Below are positions 1-9,479 of a stretch of 64,000 nt of DNA, piece by piece (positions within the stretch are counted from its first letter, which is position 1; every line of letters starts with the position of its first letter). This DNA comes from an uncultured Gemmatimonadota bacterium (GTDB lineage: Bacteria; ARS69): positions 4,601 to 68,600 of the forward strand of contig CAZNDO010000016.1 of NCBI GenBank assembly GCA_964571855.1. The letters are read 5' to 3'. A program made the translations under genes and the position numbers. Below the pieces are notes generated by a model that was not told where the DNA came from, did no database searches, and was given only the letters and a program-made list of their open reading frames with translations.

Positions 1-810
1 GTCCGCCGCGTTCGACGAAACGACCCACGCGCCCAGCAGCACCATGGTGGCGCCGGCCGCGATCTGCTCGATGGAGAAGAACCCCTTGTTGTCCTGCGGC
101 ACGCCCTTCGCGCGCGTGTTCTTGAAGTAGTTCATCAGGTAGATGCGCACGGAGTACGCCGCGATGTAGGACCCCAGGATGGTCATGGCCGCGGCGGAGC
201 CGAGGAAGTCGAAGCTGCCGCGCGCGTCGTCCGGGTTCACGCCGAGCGCCGGGCCGAGGTCGATGCCCGACGCGCGCAGCGCGCCCACGACCGGCAGCAA
301 CGCCACGTGGGCCGCCACCGCAAAGATGGCGAACACGACCGCCCAGTTCTCCTCGGCGTACACGCGCTTCCGCAGGATGCCCTGCGCGATCTGGATCGCG
401 TCCACCGCGCGGCTGATCACGATCACGCTGCCGCGCATGATCACCATGGCCACCATCACGGAGATCGGCAGCGTGTACATCAGCGTGGTGGTGGGGATCA
501 CGATGGCCGTGCACACGCCCGACGGCACGATGTACGCCGCCTCCACCGGCACGTTCCACGGACCCACGCGCACGGTGCGGTTCGACTTCAGCCGGATCCA
601 CCCGAGCGCGAAGATCAGGATGAACACGAACACGCTGGAGCCGATCGTGTTGTTCACGAGGAACGCCATGTCGGAGAGCTTCGGGTCGCGCACGTCCAGG
701 AAGTACTTCACGATCACGCCGGTGGCGACGTACGACAGGAAGTACCCCGCGCACAGCTGCAGCAGGGCGGCGGTGGAGCCGGCGGCGGCCCGGAACATCG
801 GAGTCCTCCC
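1..810 (-). CDS. Hypothetical polytopic membrane protein. Partial: the C-terminus runs off the window start; ATG complement at about 808-810.
   Basis: The reverse-complement frame reads MFRAAAGSTAALLQLCAGYFLSYVATGVIVKYF... with several hydrophobic helices, GC3-rich codon usage and no stop before the window edge. It is absent from the ORF track only because it is open at the edge. Confidence 0.45.
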
Positions 811-996
811 GGAAAAGCGGCCCCGGATCGTAGCAGCGGACGTCCCGTGGCGGCGGGCCACTCGCCCGATTGCGCCCCCCCGGAGCATTGACGGTCCAGA
901 CTTCGTTCAGTACCGTGGGCAAGAGTTCACATAGCTGCACAATGGTCTACCCACCTGTCGGCCTTTGGCCGAGCGAACCCCCGGAGAAGCCTCCCC

Positions 997-2295
997 ATGC
1001 CCCGACGCCTCGCGTTCGCCCTGATCGCGGTGATTCTTCTCGGTCCCCGGCCCGCGTGGGCGGACGACGGAGCCGCGTCCCCGGATGCCCCGGACGCCGC
1101 CGAGCTCGCCCGCCGGATCGAGGTGCTCGCGGCCGAACTGGAGGACCTGAAGCTCGGTCCCGTGGCCGGGGCACCGGAGTCGCGCCACGGGTTCGGTCCC
1201 GCCGCCTCGAAGGTGTACGCGGCCGACCCGGGCGTCTCGATCGGGGGCTACGGCGAGATGCTGTACGAGAACTTCGCGCGGGAGGACGAGTCCGGCGCCG
1301 AGGCCGGCAGCCGCGACCGCATCGACTTCCTGCGCCAGATCGTCTACGTGGGCTACAAGTACGACGCGCGGCTGCTGTTCAACTCCGAGATCGAGTTCGA
1401 GCACGCCACCACGGGGCAGGCGGGCAGCGTCTCGGTGGAGTTCGCCTACATCGATGCCCTGCTGGATCCCGCGGTCAACGCGCGGGCCGGCATGCTCCTC
1501 GTGCCGATGGGGTTCGTGAACGAGCTGCACGAGCCGCCCGTGTTCCTCGGCGCGCGCCGGCCGGAGAGCGAGCGCGTCATCGTGCCCTCCACGTGGCGCG
1601 CGAACGGCGCCGGCGTGTTCGGCGAGCCCGCGCCGGGCCTCACGTATCGCGCGTATCTCGTGGAGAGTCTGTACGCGGACGGCTTCGGCGCCGGCGGGCT
1701 CCGCGGCGGCCGGCAGAGCGGCTCCGAGAGCCTGGCGGAGGATTTCGCGTTCGTGGTGCGGGCGGACTTCGAGCGCCGGGGCGCGCTCGTCGGCGGGTCG
1801 GTGTTCCGCGGCGCCACGGCCCAGGGCGAGCGGACCTCGTCGGGCGCGGCGTTCGACGCGGCCACCACGGTGTGGGAGGCGCACGCCCAGCTCCGCTGGC
1901 GCGGCGCGCAGCTGCGCGCGCTCGTGGCGGGCGCGGCCGTGGACGAGGCGGCCCTCGTGAACGACTTCCTCGGGATCGCGCCGGGCAGCAATGACTCGGT
2001 GGGCTCGGAGATGCTCGGCTGGTACGTGGAGGGCGGATACGACGTGCTGACGTGGCTCCGCCCGGGATCGCCCTACAAGCTGACGCCGTACCTGCGGCAC
2101 GAGGAGCTGGACACGCAGGCGGAGGTCCCGGACGGCTTCGGGGCGAACCCGCGGAACGACCGCAGCATCCTCACGGCGGGCGCGGCCTTCCATCCGCACC
2201 CGCAGGTCGTGGTGAAGACGGACTGGCAGCACAACACGAACGGCCTGGAGACGGGAGTGGACCAGTGGAACGTCGCGCTCGGCTATCTGTTCTGA
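997..2295 (+). CDS. Outer-membrane beta-barrel porin (OprB/OprO-P-like) with an N-terminal coiled-coil segment.
   Basis: Signal peptide MPRRLAFALIAVILLGPRPAWA. Coiled-coil segment ELARRIEVLAAELEDLKL follows. Alternating amphipathic strands end in ...WNVALGYLF, an aromatic C-terminal residue typical of outer-membrane barrels. Confidence 0.7.
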   Translation: MPRRLAFALIAVILLGPRPAWADDGAASPDAPDAAELARRIEVLAAELEDLKLGPVAGAPESRHGFGPAASKVYAADPGVSIGGYGEMLYENFAREDESGAEAGSRDRIDFLRQIVYVGYKYDARLLFNSEIEFEHATTGQAGSVSVEFAYIDALLDPAVNARAGMLLVPMGFVNELHEPPVFLGARRPESERVIVPSTWRANGAGVFGEPAPGLTYRAYLVESLYADGFGAGGLRGGRQSGSESLAEDFAFVVRADFERRGALVGGSVFRGATAQGERTSSGAAFDAATTVWEAHAQLRWRGAQLRALVAGAAVDEAALVNDFLGIAPGSNDSVGSEMLGWYVEGGYDVLTWLRPGSPYKLTPYLRHEELDTQAEVPDGFGANPRNDRSILTAGAAFHPHPQVVVKTDWQHNTNGLETGVDQWNVALGYLF

Positions 2296-2300
2296 TCGCG

Positions 2301-2813
2301 GTGGCGGCGAGCCTCGCCGCCGCGCCCGCCGGCGCGAAGCTGCTGCGCACGCGCGACGACGCCCTGCGCGCGGTGTACGGGGACGGCGCGCGGCTCGCCT
2401 CGCGCACCGCGTTCCTCACCGCCCCGCAGGCGGAGGCCGTACGGCAGGCGGCGCGCGCGCCGTTCGACCTGGCGCGCGTGACCTACTGGGAGGCCAGCCG
2501 CGGCGACTCGCTGCTCGGGCGCGCGTACCTGGACACGCACGCCGTGCGCAGCCTCTCCGAGACCGTCCTGGTGGCGGTGGATCCGGACGGCGCGGTGCAC
2601 GCGGTCGAGGTGCTGGCGTTCCACGAGCCGGAGGACTACCTGCCGCCGCCGGCCTGGCTGCGCACGCTCGTGTCGCACACGCTGGAGGATCGCCTGCGGC
2701 CGGGGCAGGACGTGGACGGCATCACCGGCGCCACGCTCAGCGTCCGCGCCGCCACCGACGCCGTCCGTCGCGCCCTCGCGCTGGAGCACGTGCTGCACGG
2801 GGACGCCCCGTGA
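2301..2813 (+). CDS. FMN-binding domain protein (NosR/NqrC/RnfG-type FMN_bind), periplasmic.
   Basis: GTG start 5 nt after the porin stop, followed by a short signal-like segment VAASLAAAPAGA. The flavin-attachment motif DGITGATLS is near the C-terminus. The upstream part of track ORF 2052..2813 overlaps the porin in another frame and was discarded. Confidence 0.6.
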   Translation: MAASLAAAPAGAKLLRTRDDALRAVYGDGARLASRTAFLTAPQAEAVRQAARAPFDLARVTYWEASRGDSLLGRAYLDTHAVRSLSETVLVAVDPDGAVHAVEVLAFHEPEDYLPPPAWLRTLVSHTLEDRLRPGQDVDGITGATLSVRAATDAVRRALALEHVLHGDAP

Positions 2814-3352
2814 AGTACATGATGAACGGCGGATACGGCGCGCACCCGCTCATGCGGCTCACGCTCGGGTGCACATTGCTGTTCGTGGCCGGCCTCTGGG
2901 CCACGAACGTCTTCCTGTTCGTCACGCGGATGGGCTTCACGCCGGAGTCGATCGCGCGCTACTACCTTGGTTCGGAAGCGGAGTTCCTGCCGCCGCGCAC
3001 CGCTGGCTCCATGCTCGAGGTCACGCACGCGCACCTGGCCATGATGGCGATGGTGCTCCTCCTCGTCACCCACCTCGCGATCTTCCTGCCGTGGTCCATG
3101 CGCGTGCGGATCCTCCTGGTGCTGGGCACGTTCGGCAGCGCCCTCCTGCAGGAGGGCAGCGGCTGGCTCGTGCGCTTCGTGCACCCCGCCTTCGCGTGGC
3201 TGAAGATCGGGTCCTTCCTCGGATTGCAGGCGGGGCTCCTGATCCTGGTCGTCGGCCTCGCCCGGCACCTCGCGACGGGCCCGGGTCGGGCCTCCGGCGG
3301 TCCCGATCCCGCGGCCGGCGCCCGGCCCCTTGCGCCCCAAACGGATGTCTAG
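2810..3352 (+). CDS. Small polytopic membrane protein, hypothetical.
   Basis: The GTG start overlaps the upstream stop (GTGA). Four predicted transmembrane helices (LTLGCTLLFVAGLWATNVFLFV, AMMAMVLLLVTHLAIFLPW, ILLVLGTFGSALL, IGSFLGLQAGLLILVVGLA). Confidence 0.5.
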   Translation: MKYMMNGGYGAHPLMRLTLGCTLLFVAGLWATNVFLFVTRMGFTPESIARYYLGSEAEFLPPRTAGSMLEVTHAHLAMMAMVLLLVTHLAIFLPWSMRVRILLVLGTFGSALLQEGSGWLVRFVHPAFAWLKIGSFLGLQAGLLILVVGLARHLATGPGRASGGPDPAAGARPLAPQTDV

Positions 3353-3397
3353 TACCTTGGCGCCTCGCCACGGCACGGACCGCCGGGCCACGCGGGG

Positions 3398-5842
3398 GTG
3401 GGGATGGACGCGGAGCGGCTGCTCTCCCGGATCCGGGCGGACCGGCGCTACGAGGACCAGATGGTCCACGTGGAGCGGATCCCCGCGCGCGAGGCCCGCT
3501 TCGCGGATCCGGCGGCGCCCCTCCCGGAGCCCCTGGCGGACGCGCTCCGCCGGCTCGGCGTGGAGCGCCTGTACGCCCACCAGGCCCGCTGCCTGGACGA
3601 GTCCCGCGCCGGCCGGCACGTGGCCGTGGTCACCGGCACCGCCTCCGGAAAGACCCTGGCGTACACGCTTCCCGTCCTGGAGACCCTGCTGCGCGAGCCG
3701 GACGCGGCGGTCCTCCTGCTGTACCCCACGAAGGCCCTGGCCCAGGACCAGCTCCGCGGGCTGATCCGTCTGGCGGACGCGTCCCCGGCGGTGCGCGCCG
3801 TGGTCCGCGCCGGCACCTACGACGGGGACACGCCCTCCGCCACCCGCCGCAAGCTCCGGGACGAGGCGAACCTCCTGCTCACGAACCCGGACATGCTGCA
3901 CTCCGGGATCCTGCCGTACCACGCGAAGTGGTCGCGCGTGCTGTCGAAGCTGCGGTACGTGGTCATCGACGAGATCCACGCGTATCGCGGCATCTTCGGC
4001 TCGAACGTCGCGAACGTGCTGCGCCGCCTCGTGCGGCTCGCGCGGCACTACGGCGCGGACCCGGTGTTCCTGCTCGGCTCCGCCACCGTGGCGAACCCGC
4101 GGGAGTTCGCGGAGCGCCTCGTGGGGGACCACGTGGTCGTCGTGGACGAGGACGGCTCGCCGCGCGGGCCGAAGCGCTTCGTGCTGTGGAACCCGCCGTG
4201 GGTGGACGAGGCGAAGATGGGCCGGCGCGGCGCGAACGTGGAGGCGCACCGGCTCTTCGTGGAGCTGGTGAAGGACCGCGTGCCCACCATCTGCTTCTCC
4301 AAGGCGCGCGTCACGGCGGAGCTGATCCACCGCTACGCGCAGGAGGCGCTCACGCGCGAGGCGCCGGAGCTGGTCTCCCGCGTGCGCGCGTACCGCGGCG
4401 GGTACCTGCCGGCGGAGCGCCGCGCCATCGAGAAGGCGCTCTTCTCCGGGGACCTGCTCGGCGTGTCGTCGACGAACGCGCTGGAGCTGGGCATCGACGT
4501 CGGCTCGCTGGACGCGTCCCTCGTGGTGGGCTTCCCCGGCACCATCGCGTCCTTGCACCAGCAGGCCGGCCGCTCCGGCCGCGGGCGGGAGGAGGCTGTC
4601 ACCTTCTTCGTGGCGGGGAACGATCCCGTGGATCAGTACCTCGCGCGGCACCCGTCGTGGCTGTTCGCGCAGACGCCGGAGAGCGCCGTGATCGACCCGG
4701 AGAACCCGTACATCCTCTCCGGCCACCTGGAGTGCGCGGCGTTCGAGCTGCCGCTCTCGCCGTCGGACGTGCAGGACTTCGGCGAGACGGCGGGGGATCT
4801 GGTGCGCCTCCTGGACGACGCGGGCCGCACGCGGCGCGTGGACGGCATGAGCTACTGGGCCAACACGGACTTCCCGTCGCGAAGCGTCGGGCTCCGGCAC
4901 ATGTCCCAGGACACCTACACCATCGTGGAGGTGGCGAAGGACACGGGCGACGCGTCGGCCTTCCGCCCGCGGACGGGACCCGCGTTCGAGGCGCCCGCGC
5001 GCGGGGACGCCCGGGTGATGGGGAACGTGGATGCCATCTCGGCCCTGGAGCTGCTGTACCCGGAGGCGGTGTACCTGCACGAGGGCGAGACCTTCGTGGT
5101 GCGGCACCTGGATCTGGAGGGGAAGACCGCGTACGTGGAACGCCGCGAGGTGGACTACTACACCACGCCGGTCGTGGAGCAGCACCTCCTCCTGAACGGC
5201 ACGCGCGAGACCGGCGCCTTCGCCGGTGCGGACACGGGCCTGGGGGACGCCTCGGTCACGTGGTTCACGTCGTTCTTCAAGAAGATCCGGTTCATGTCGG
5301 TGGATTCCATCGGCTGGGGGAACCTGGACCTGCCCAAGCAGACGATCGACACGGTCACCTTCTGGTTCGTGCTCCCGGACGCGGTGCGCGCGGCCGTGAA
5401 GCGCGCCGGGAAGAACCCCACGGAGGGCCTGGCCGGCCTGCGGAACCTGCTGATCAGCGTGCTGCCGCTGTGGGCCATGTGCGACCGCTCGGACATCGGC
5501 GGCGTGGTGGACAGCCGCAACCTGGGGAAGGCCGCGGTCTTCCTGTACGACCGGCATCCCGGCGGGCTCGGCTTCGTGGAGCACGCGTTCCGGCGCCCGG
5601 CCGAGGTGTTCGCGGCCGCGCACGCGCTCGTGGCGGAATGCCCGTGCGACGCGGGCTGTCCGTCCTGCGTGGGGCTGCCGGTGCTCCGCCCCGCGCAGCA
5701 CCAGGATCCGGAAGTCGGCGGCGCGTGGCCCATCCCGGACAAGGAGGCGGCGCGCCTCATCCTGGAGGGGGTCGTCGCGACGCACGGCTCGCCCGCCTGC
5801 GGCGCTGCCGTCCCGGAGCGCGCGGGAGCGGCGGCGTCGTGA
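3398..5842 (+). CDS. DEAD/DEAH-box helicase of the YprA/MrfA family with a C-terminal DUF1998 Cys cluster.
   Basis: Walker A GTASGKT. DEAH-like motif VVIDEIHAY. Helicase C-terminal motifs QQAGRSGR. C-terminal ECPCDAGCPSCVGLP four-Cys module typical of DUF1998/MrfA. Confidence 0.85.
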   Translation: MGMDAERLLSRIRADRRYEDQMVHVERIPAREARFADPAAPLPEPLADALRRLGVERLYAHQARCLDESRAGRHVAVVTGTASGKTLAYTLPVLETLLREPDAAVLLLYPTKALAQDQLRGLIRLADASPAVRAVVRAGTYDGDTPSATRRKLRDEANLLLTNPDMLHSGILPYHAKWSRVLSKLRYVVIDEIHAYRGIFGSNVANVLRRLVRLARHYGADPVFLLGSATVANPREFAERLVGDHVVVVDEDGSPRGPKRFVLWNPPWVDEAKMGRRGANVEAHRLFVELVKDRVPTICFSKARVTAELIHRYAQEALTREAPELVSRVRAYRGGYLPAERRAIEKALFSGDLLGVSSTNALELGIDVGSLDASLVVGFPGTIASLHQQAGRSGRGREEAVTFFVAGNDPVDQYLARHPSWLFAQTPESAVIDPENPYILSGHLECAAFELPLSPSDVQDFGETAGDLVRLLDDAGRTRRVDGMSYWANTDFPSRSVGLRHMSQDTYTIVEVAKDTGDASAFRPRTGPAFEAPARGDARVMGNVDAISALELLYPEAVYLHEGETFVVRHLDLEGKTAYVERREVDYYTTPVVEQHLLLNGTRETGAFAGADTGLGDASVTWFTSFFKKIRFMSVDSIGWGNLDLPKQTIDTVTFWFVLPDAVRAAVKRAGKNPTEGLAGLRNLLISVLPLWAMCDRSDIGGVVDSRNLGKAAVFLYDRHPGGLGFVEHAFRRPAEVFAAAHALVAECPCDAGCPSCVGLPVLRPAQHQDPEVGGAWPIPDKEAARLILEGVVATHGSPACGAAVPERAGAAAS

Positions 5843-6726
5843 CGCCGGTGTCAGGTCTCACGGAAGGCATCCGCGCCATCGTGCGCGCGCGGGCCGCGGC
5901 GCGCCTGCCGGCGCACGCCGCGCGGCCCTTCCCCGGCTCGCGTTCCGGCGGGGAGTCCGGCTTCCCTTGTGCCGCATCGGGGTCGACCTCCGCGGTCGGC
6001 CCGCCGGTGGCAGGCGCCGAGCCGGGTCCGGACGGTCTCCTGGACGTGCGGCGTCACGCGGGCGAGCTGCTGCCCGGCGTGGATCTCGCCGCGGAGATGC
6101 GGGACGCGCTGGCCACGCTCGGCGCCACGGCCGCCGAGGAGCTGCCGAAGGGACTGCGGCCCGCGCGCGGCGTCGCGCTGGAGGATCTGGCCGTCCTGGA
6201 CCTGGAGACCACCGGTTTCTGGGGATGCCCCGTGCTGCTCGCGGGGCTCCTGCACGTGGAGGACGGGGAGCTGGTCACGCGGCAGATCGTGGCCACGGAC
6301 TACCCGGCGGAGGGCCCGCTGGTCGCGGCCACGCTCGCGGCGCTCGCGCCGCGCCGCCTGCTCGTCACGTTCAACGGCAAGTCCTACGACGTGCCGTGCC
6401 TGCGGGAGCGCTGCGTCGTGCACCGCGTGCCGGACGACGTCACCGCGCGACTCGCGCACGTGGACATCCTGCATCCCGCGCGCCGGCACTGGAAGGGCCG
6501 CTTCGAGAACTGCCGTCTCACCACGCTGGAACGGCGCGTCGTGGGCTTCACGCGCGTGGGCGACGTTCCCAGCCACGAGGTGCCGGAGCGCTTCCACCGC
6601 TTCATCGCCACGCGGGACCCGGCGCAGCTCGCCCCGGTGCTGCACCACGGACGCGTGGACCTGCTCACCACCGCGCGCCTCTTCGCGCGGCTGGCCGCCG
6701 CCGCCCGGGACACGCCGGCGGACTGA
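5839..6726 (+). CDS. RNase-H-like 3'-5' exonuclease (YprB/MrfB-like DEDDh), translationally coupled to the helicase.
   Basis: The GTG start overlaps the helicase stop (GTGA). Motif LAVLDLETTGF is Exo motif I. The second acidic block is LVTFNGKSYDVPCL. A His motif sits near the C-terminus (HRFIATRD...HHGRVD). Confidence 0.7.
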   Translation: MTPVSGLTEGIRAIVRARAAARLPAHAARPFPGSRSGGESGFPCAASGSTSAVGPPVAGAEPGPDGLLDVRRHAGELLPGVDLAAEMRDALATLGATAAEELPKGLRPARGVALEDLAVLDLETTGFWGCPVLLAGLLHVEDGELVTRQIVATDYPAEGPLVAATLAALAPRRLLVTFNGKSYDVPCLRERCVVHRVPDDVTARLAHVDILHPARRHWKGRFENCRLTTLERRVVGFTRVGDVPSHEVPERFHRFIATRDPAQLAPVLHHGRVDLLTTARLFARLAAAARDTPAD

Positions 6727-6812
6727 CCCGCGTTGTCGGATGTCCGGTTTCGCGCCCGTTCGGCGCGTCTTCCTTCCACACGCCCGCAACCCGCGGGAAG
6801 AAGGAGGGGGAC

Positions 6813-7376
6813 ATGCCGTCCGTGAAGGCCCAGTGCATCGTGTGCCGGCGCGCCGCGTTGCTCACCTGCGTCACGAACTTCGCCGGGGTCGGCCCCGGCC
6901 ACTCCGCGCTCGCCCTGGACGGGTACGTATACACGTTCGAGCGCGTCTCCGGCGCGTGGCTCGTGCCCGGCGGGAGCGCCTGGCTGCAGATCCCCGTGAA
7001 GGACTACCTCGCGGCGAACACGCACCGCCCGGTGATCGTCCAGGAGCTGGACGCGGCGCGGGCCGACGCGACCGCCATGCGGGAGTACATCGTGGAGTCG
7101 GATCTGGCCGACGCGGACTACGGCTCGAGCGGCGTCTGCAGCCAGCAGGCGGCCTCCGCGCTGGGCGCCGGACTGGACGCGCGCATCGATCCGATCGGTC
7201 TGAACTCGCCGTACCGCATCTACCGGCACCTCAAGCACACGGGCGCCGTGTCACGCTCGTACCACACGTTCCCGGGCCGGGGTGCGGCGATGGTGGGGAA
7301 GAACGTCCTGCTCGGCTACCTGTACTCGCCGGAGTGCGAGCGGCACGAGAGCGCGCCGCCCATCCTCGCCTGGTAG
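6813..7376 (+). CDS. Hypothetical protein (187 aa) with a conserved His...Cys pair.
   Basis: RBS GAAGGAGGGGG sits 5 nt before the ATG. Coding-like codon usage. Motifs GHSALALDGYVYTF and SSGVCSQQAASALGAG. No family recognised with confidence. Confidence 0.5.
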   Translation: MPSVKAQCIVCRRAALLTCVTNFAGVGPGHSALALDGYVYTFERVSGAWLVPGGSAWLQIPVKDYLAANTHRPVIVQELDAARADATAMREYIVESDLADADYGSSGVCSQQAASALGAGLDARIDPIGLNSPYRIYRHLKHTGAVSRSYHTFPGRGAAMVGKNVLLGYLYSPECERHESAPPILAW

Positions 7377-7388
7377 CGGCGGCGCGCA

Positions 7389-7411
7389 GGGGCGCACAGG
7401 ATGTGCGCCCC
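7389..7411. terminator. Bidirectional hairpin between convergent genes (GGGGCGCACA-gga-TGTGCGCCCC). A second hairpin lies at about 7445-7468.
   Basis: A perfect 10-bp GC-rich stem in the 100-nt gap between the + gene ending at 7376 and pirin ending at 7478. Confidence 0.4.
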
Positions 7412-7477
7412 GCGCCGTCCGGTCCGAGGCAAGGGCCCCGGCCGCCCCGGGAAGTTCGCCACTTCCGGGATGCGACA

Positions 7478-8404
7478 CTACGCGTGCTTCAGGAACGTGC
7501 CGGCCGAGAGCTCCGCCATCGCCTCCTTCAGCTGCTCGCGCGTGTTCATCACGATCGGCCCGTGCCACGCCACCGGCTCGCGCAGCGGCTGCCCGGACAC
7601 CAGCAGGAAGCGGATGCCCTCTTCGCCCGCCTGCACGGTGACCTCGTCGCCGCGGTCGAACAGTACGAGCGAGCGGTTGTCCGCCTCGTGCGCCACCGCC
7701 ACGGGCTCCTCCGTGAGCGCGCGCCCGTCCGCGCCCACCAGTTCCGTCATCGGCGCCGCCGGCGCGGACGCGCCCGCGAACCTCCCGGATCCGGCGAACA
7801 CGTACGCGAACGCGTGCCGCGACGTCTCCACCTTCAGCGTCTTCCGGCGGCCCGCCGGCACCGACACGTCCAGGTAGCTCGGATCCGCCGCGATGCCCGT
7901 GACCGGCCCCCGCACGCCGAACGCGTGCCCGCAGATCACGCGGACGTGCGTGCCGTCGTCCTCGGTCACCTCCGGGATCTCCGCGGAGCCGATGTCCTGG
8001 TACCGCGGCGCCGTCATCTTCAACGACGACGGCAGGTTCGCCCACAGCTGGAAGCCGTGCATCCGCCCGCGATCGTCGCCCTTCGGCATCTCCTGGTGGA
8101 TGATGCCCGAGCCCGCGGTCATCCACTGGATGTCGCCGGGGCCCACGGCCCCCGCGTTGCCCAGGCTGTCCGCGTGGTTCACGGTGCCGGCGAGCACGTA
8201 CGTGATCGTCTCGATCCCGCGGTGCGGATGCCACGGGAACCCCGCCTCGTACTCCGCGGGGCGGTCCCCGCGGAAGTCGTCGAGCAGGAGGAACGGATCG
8301 AACTCGGTGGTGGCGCCGAAGCCGAACGCGCGGCGCAGGTGCACTCCCGCGCCCTCCAGGGTGGGCTTCGCGTGCACGATCTCCTTCACGGGTCGGATGG
8401 ACAT
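7478..8404 (-). CDS. Pirin family protein (bicupin).
   Basis: RBS GGAGG is followed by the ATG start. Metal-binding cupin motifs HPHRGIETITYVLAG and HQEMP..HGFQLW. Length is 308 aa. The upstream part of track ORF 7478..9370 is Arg/Pro-rich non-coding. Confidence 0.85.
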   Translation of the reverse strand: MSIRPVKEIVHAKPTLEGAGVHLRRAFGFGATTEFDPFLLLDDFRGDRPAEYEAGFPWHPHRGIETITYVLAGTVNHADSLGNAGAVGPGDIQWMTAGSGIIHQEMPKGDDRGRMHGFQLWANLPSSLKMTAPRYQDIGSAEIPEVTEDDGTHVRVICGHAFGVRGPVTGIAADPSYLDVSVPAGRRKTLKVETSRHAFAYVFAGSGRFAGASAPAAPMTELVGADGRALTEEPVAVAHEADNRSLVLFDRGDEVTVQAGEEGIRFLLVSGQPLREPVAWHGPIVMNTREQLKEAMAELSAGTFLKHA

Positions 8405-8493
8405 CTCGCCTCCTCGGTGCGGAGCGGGCTTCCCGCCCGGCTCCCTCGCTGCCCCTCGGATGCGTGCCCGCGGCGGCGGGATTCCGCGGCGCG

Positions 8494-9318
8494 TCAGCCC
8501 GCCGCGTGGAACGCCGCGATCCGGTCCCACGCCTCGCGCGCCGTCTCCGCCCAGTGGAACAGCTCCAGGTCCGACGGGGAGATCATCCCCTCCTCCGCGA
8601 GCACGTCGAACCGGACCGCGCGCTCCCAGAATTCGCGCCCGAAGAGGATGACCGGGATGCGCTGCACCTTGCCGGTCTGGATGAGCGTGAGCGCCTCGAA
8701 CAGCTCGTCGCACGTGCCGAAGCCGCCGGGGAAGGCCACCAGCGCCTTCGCCCGCATGAGGAAGTGCATCTTGCGGATCGCGAAGTAGCGGAACTGGAAG
8801 CACAGCTCCGACGTGATGTAGGGGTTCGGGGCCTGCTCGTGCGGGAGCACGATGTTGAGCCCCACGCTCTTCGCGGCCGCGTCGTGCGCGCCGCGGTTCG
8901 CCGCCTCCATGATGCCGGGGCCGCCGCCGGTCACGATGACGTACTCGCAGCGCCCCTCCACCTGGCACGTGGTGGACACGATGCGGCTCAGCTCGCGCGC
9001 CTCGTCGTAGTAGCGCGCGTTGTGCGCGGCGCGGCGCGCCCGGTCCCGGCGCGCGGCCGCCGCGGGGTCGTCCGGCCGCCGCGCGGCGTCCGCCTCCGCC
9101 GCCGCGAGCTCCGCGCGCGCGACCGCCGGCTCCGGGATCCGCGCGCTCCCGAACACCACGATCGTGGACGCGATCCCGTGCTCGCGCTGCACGAGGTCCG
9201 GCTTCTCGAACTCCAGGAGCAGGCGCACGCCGCGCAGTTCGTCGCGGTTCAGGAAGGCGTGGTCCTCGTACGCCTTGACGTAGGAAGGCGAGTCGAGGAG
9301 CGGGTTGCCGGTGGCCAT
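8494..9318 (-). CDS. LOG family protein (TIGR00730 Rossmann fold; cytokinin riboside 5'-monophosphate phosphoribohydrolase-like), long form.
   Basis: Motifs VTGGGPGIMEAANRGA and PGGFGTCDELFEALTLIQTGK, with an N-terminal extension of about 110 aa. Confidence 0.8.
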   Translation of the reverse strand: MATGNPLLDSPSYVKAYEDHAFLNRDELRGVRLLLEFEKPDLVQREHGIASTIVVFGSARIPEPAVARAELAAAEADAARRPDDPAAAARRDRARRAAHNARYYDEARELSRIVSTTCQVEGRCEYVIVTGGGPGIMEAANRGAHDAAAKSVGLNIVLPHEQAPNPYITSELCFQFRYFAIRKMHFLMRAKALVAFPGGFGTCDELFEALTLIQTGKVQRIPVILFGREFWERAVRFDVLAEEGMISPSDLELFHWAETAREAWDRIAAFHAAG

Positions 9319-9479
9319 GGATCCTCCGTGCGAACGGGGCAGCGGTCGTTCGACTTCCGGGACGCGACACTAGCGCGGGGAGGCCGCCCGCTCAATGCGC
9401 CGGCTCCGGCGGCCGTGCTAGAGTCTCGCGCCCCCGGACCGCCGGAAGGCGGCGGCCGGTCTCCCGCACGGAGGCCCCC

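Noticed and set aside
2052-2300. Upstream extension of the FMN-binding protein ORF.
   Set aside because: It overlaps the porin gene in another frame and has a junk-like composition. A GTG start right after the porin stop gives a sensible signal peptide.
2636-5785. 1049-aa ORF antisense to the helicase gene, plus similar giant antisense or alternate-frame ORFs (2869..6726 upstream part, 5969..8788, 9938..13789, 10333..13737, 44150..46540, 44491..46518, 55607..57994, 40914..44057).
   Set aside because: They are Arg/Gly/Pro-rich low-complexity translations typical of off-frame reading in >70% GC DNA. They overlap genes with clear motifs on the other strand or frame, and have no RBS or family signal.
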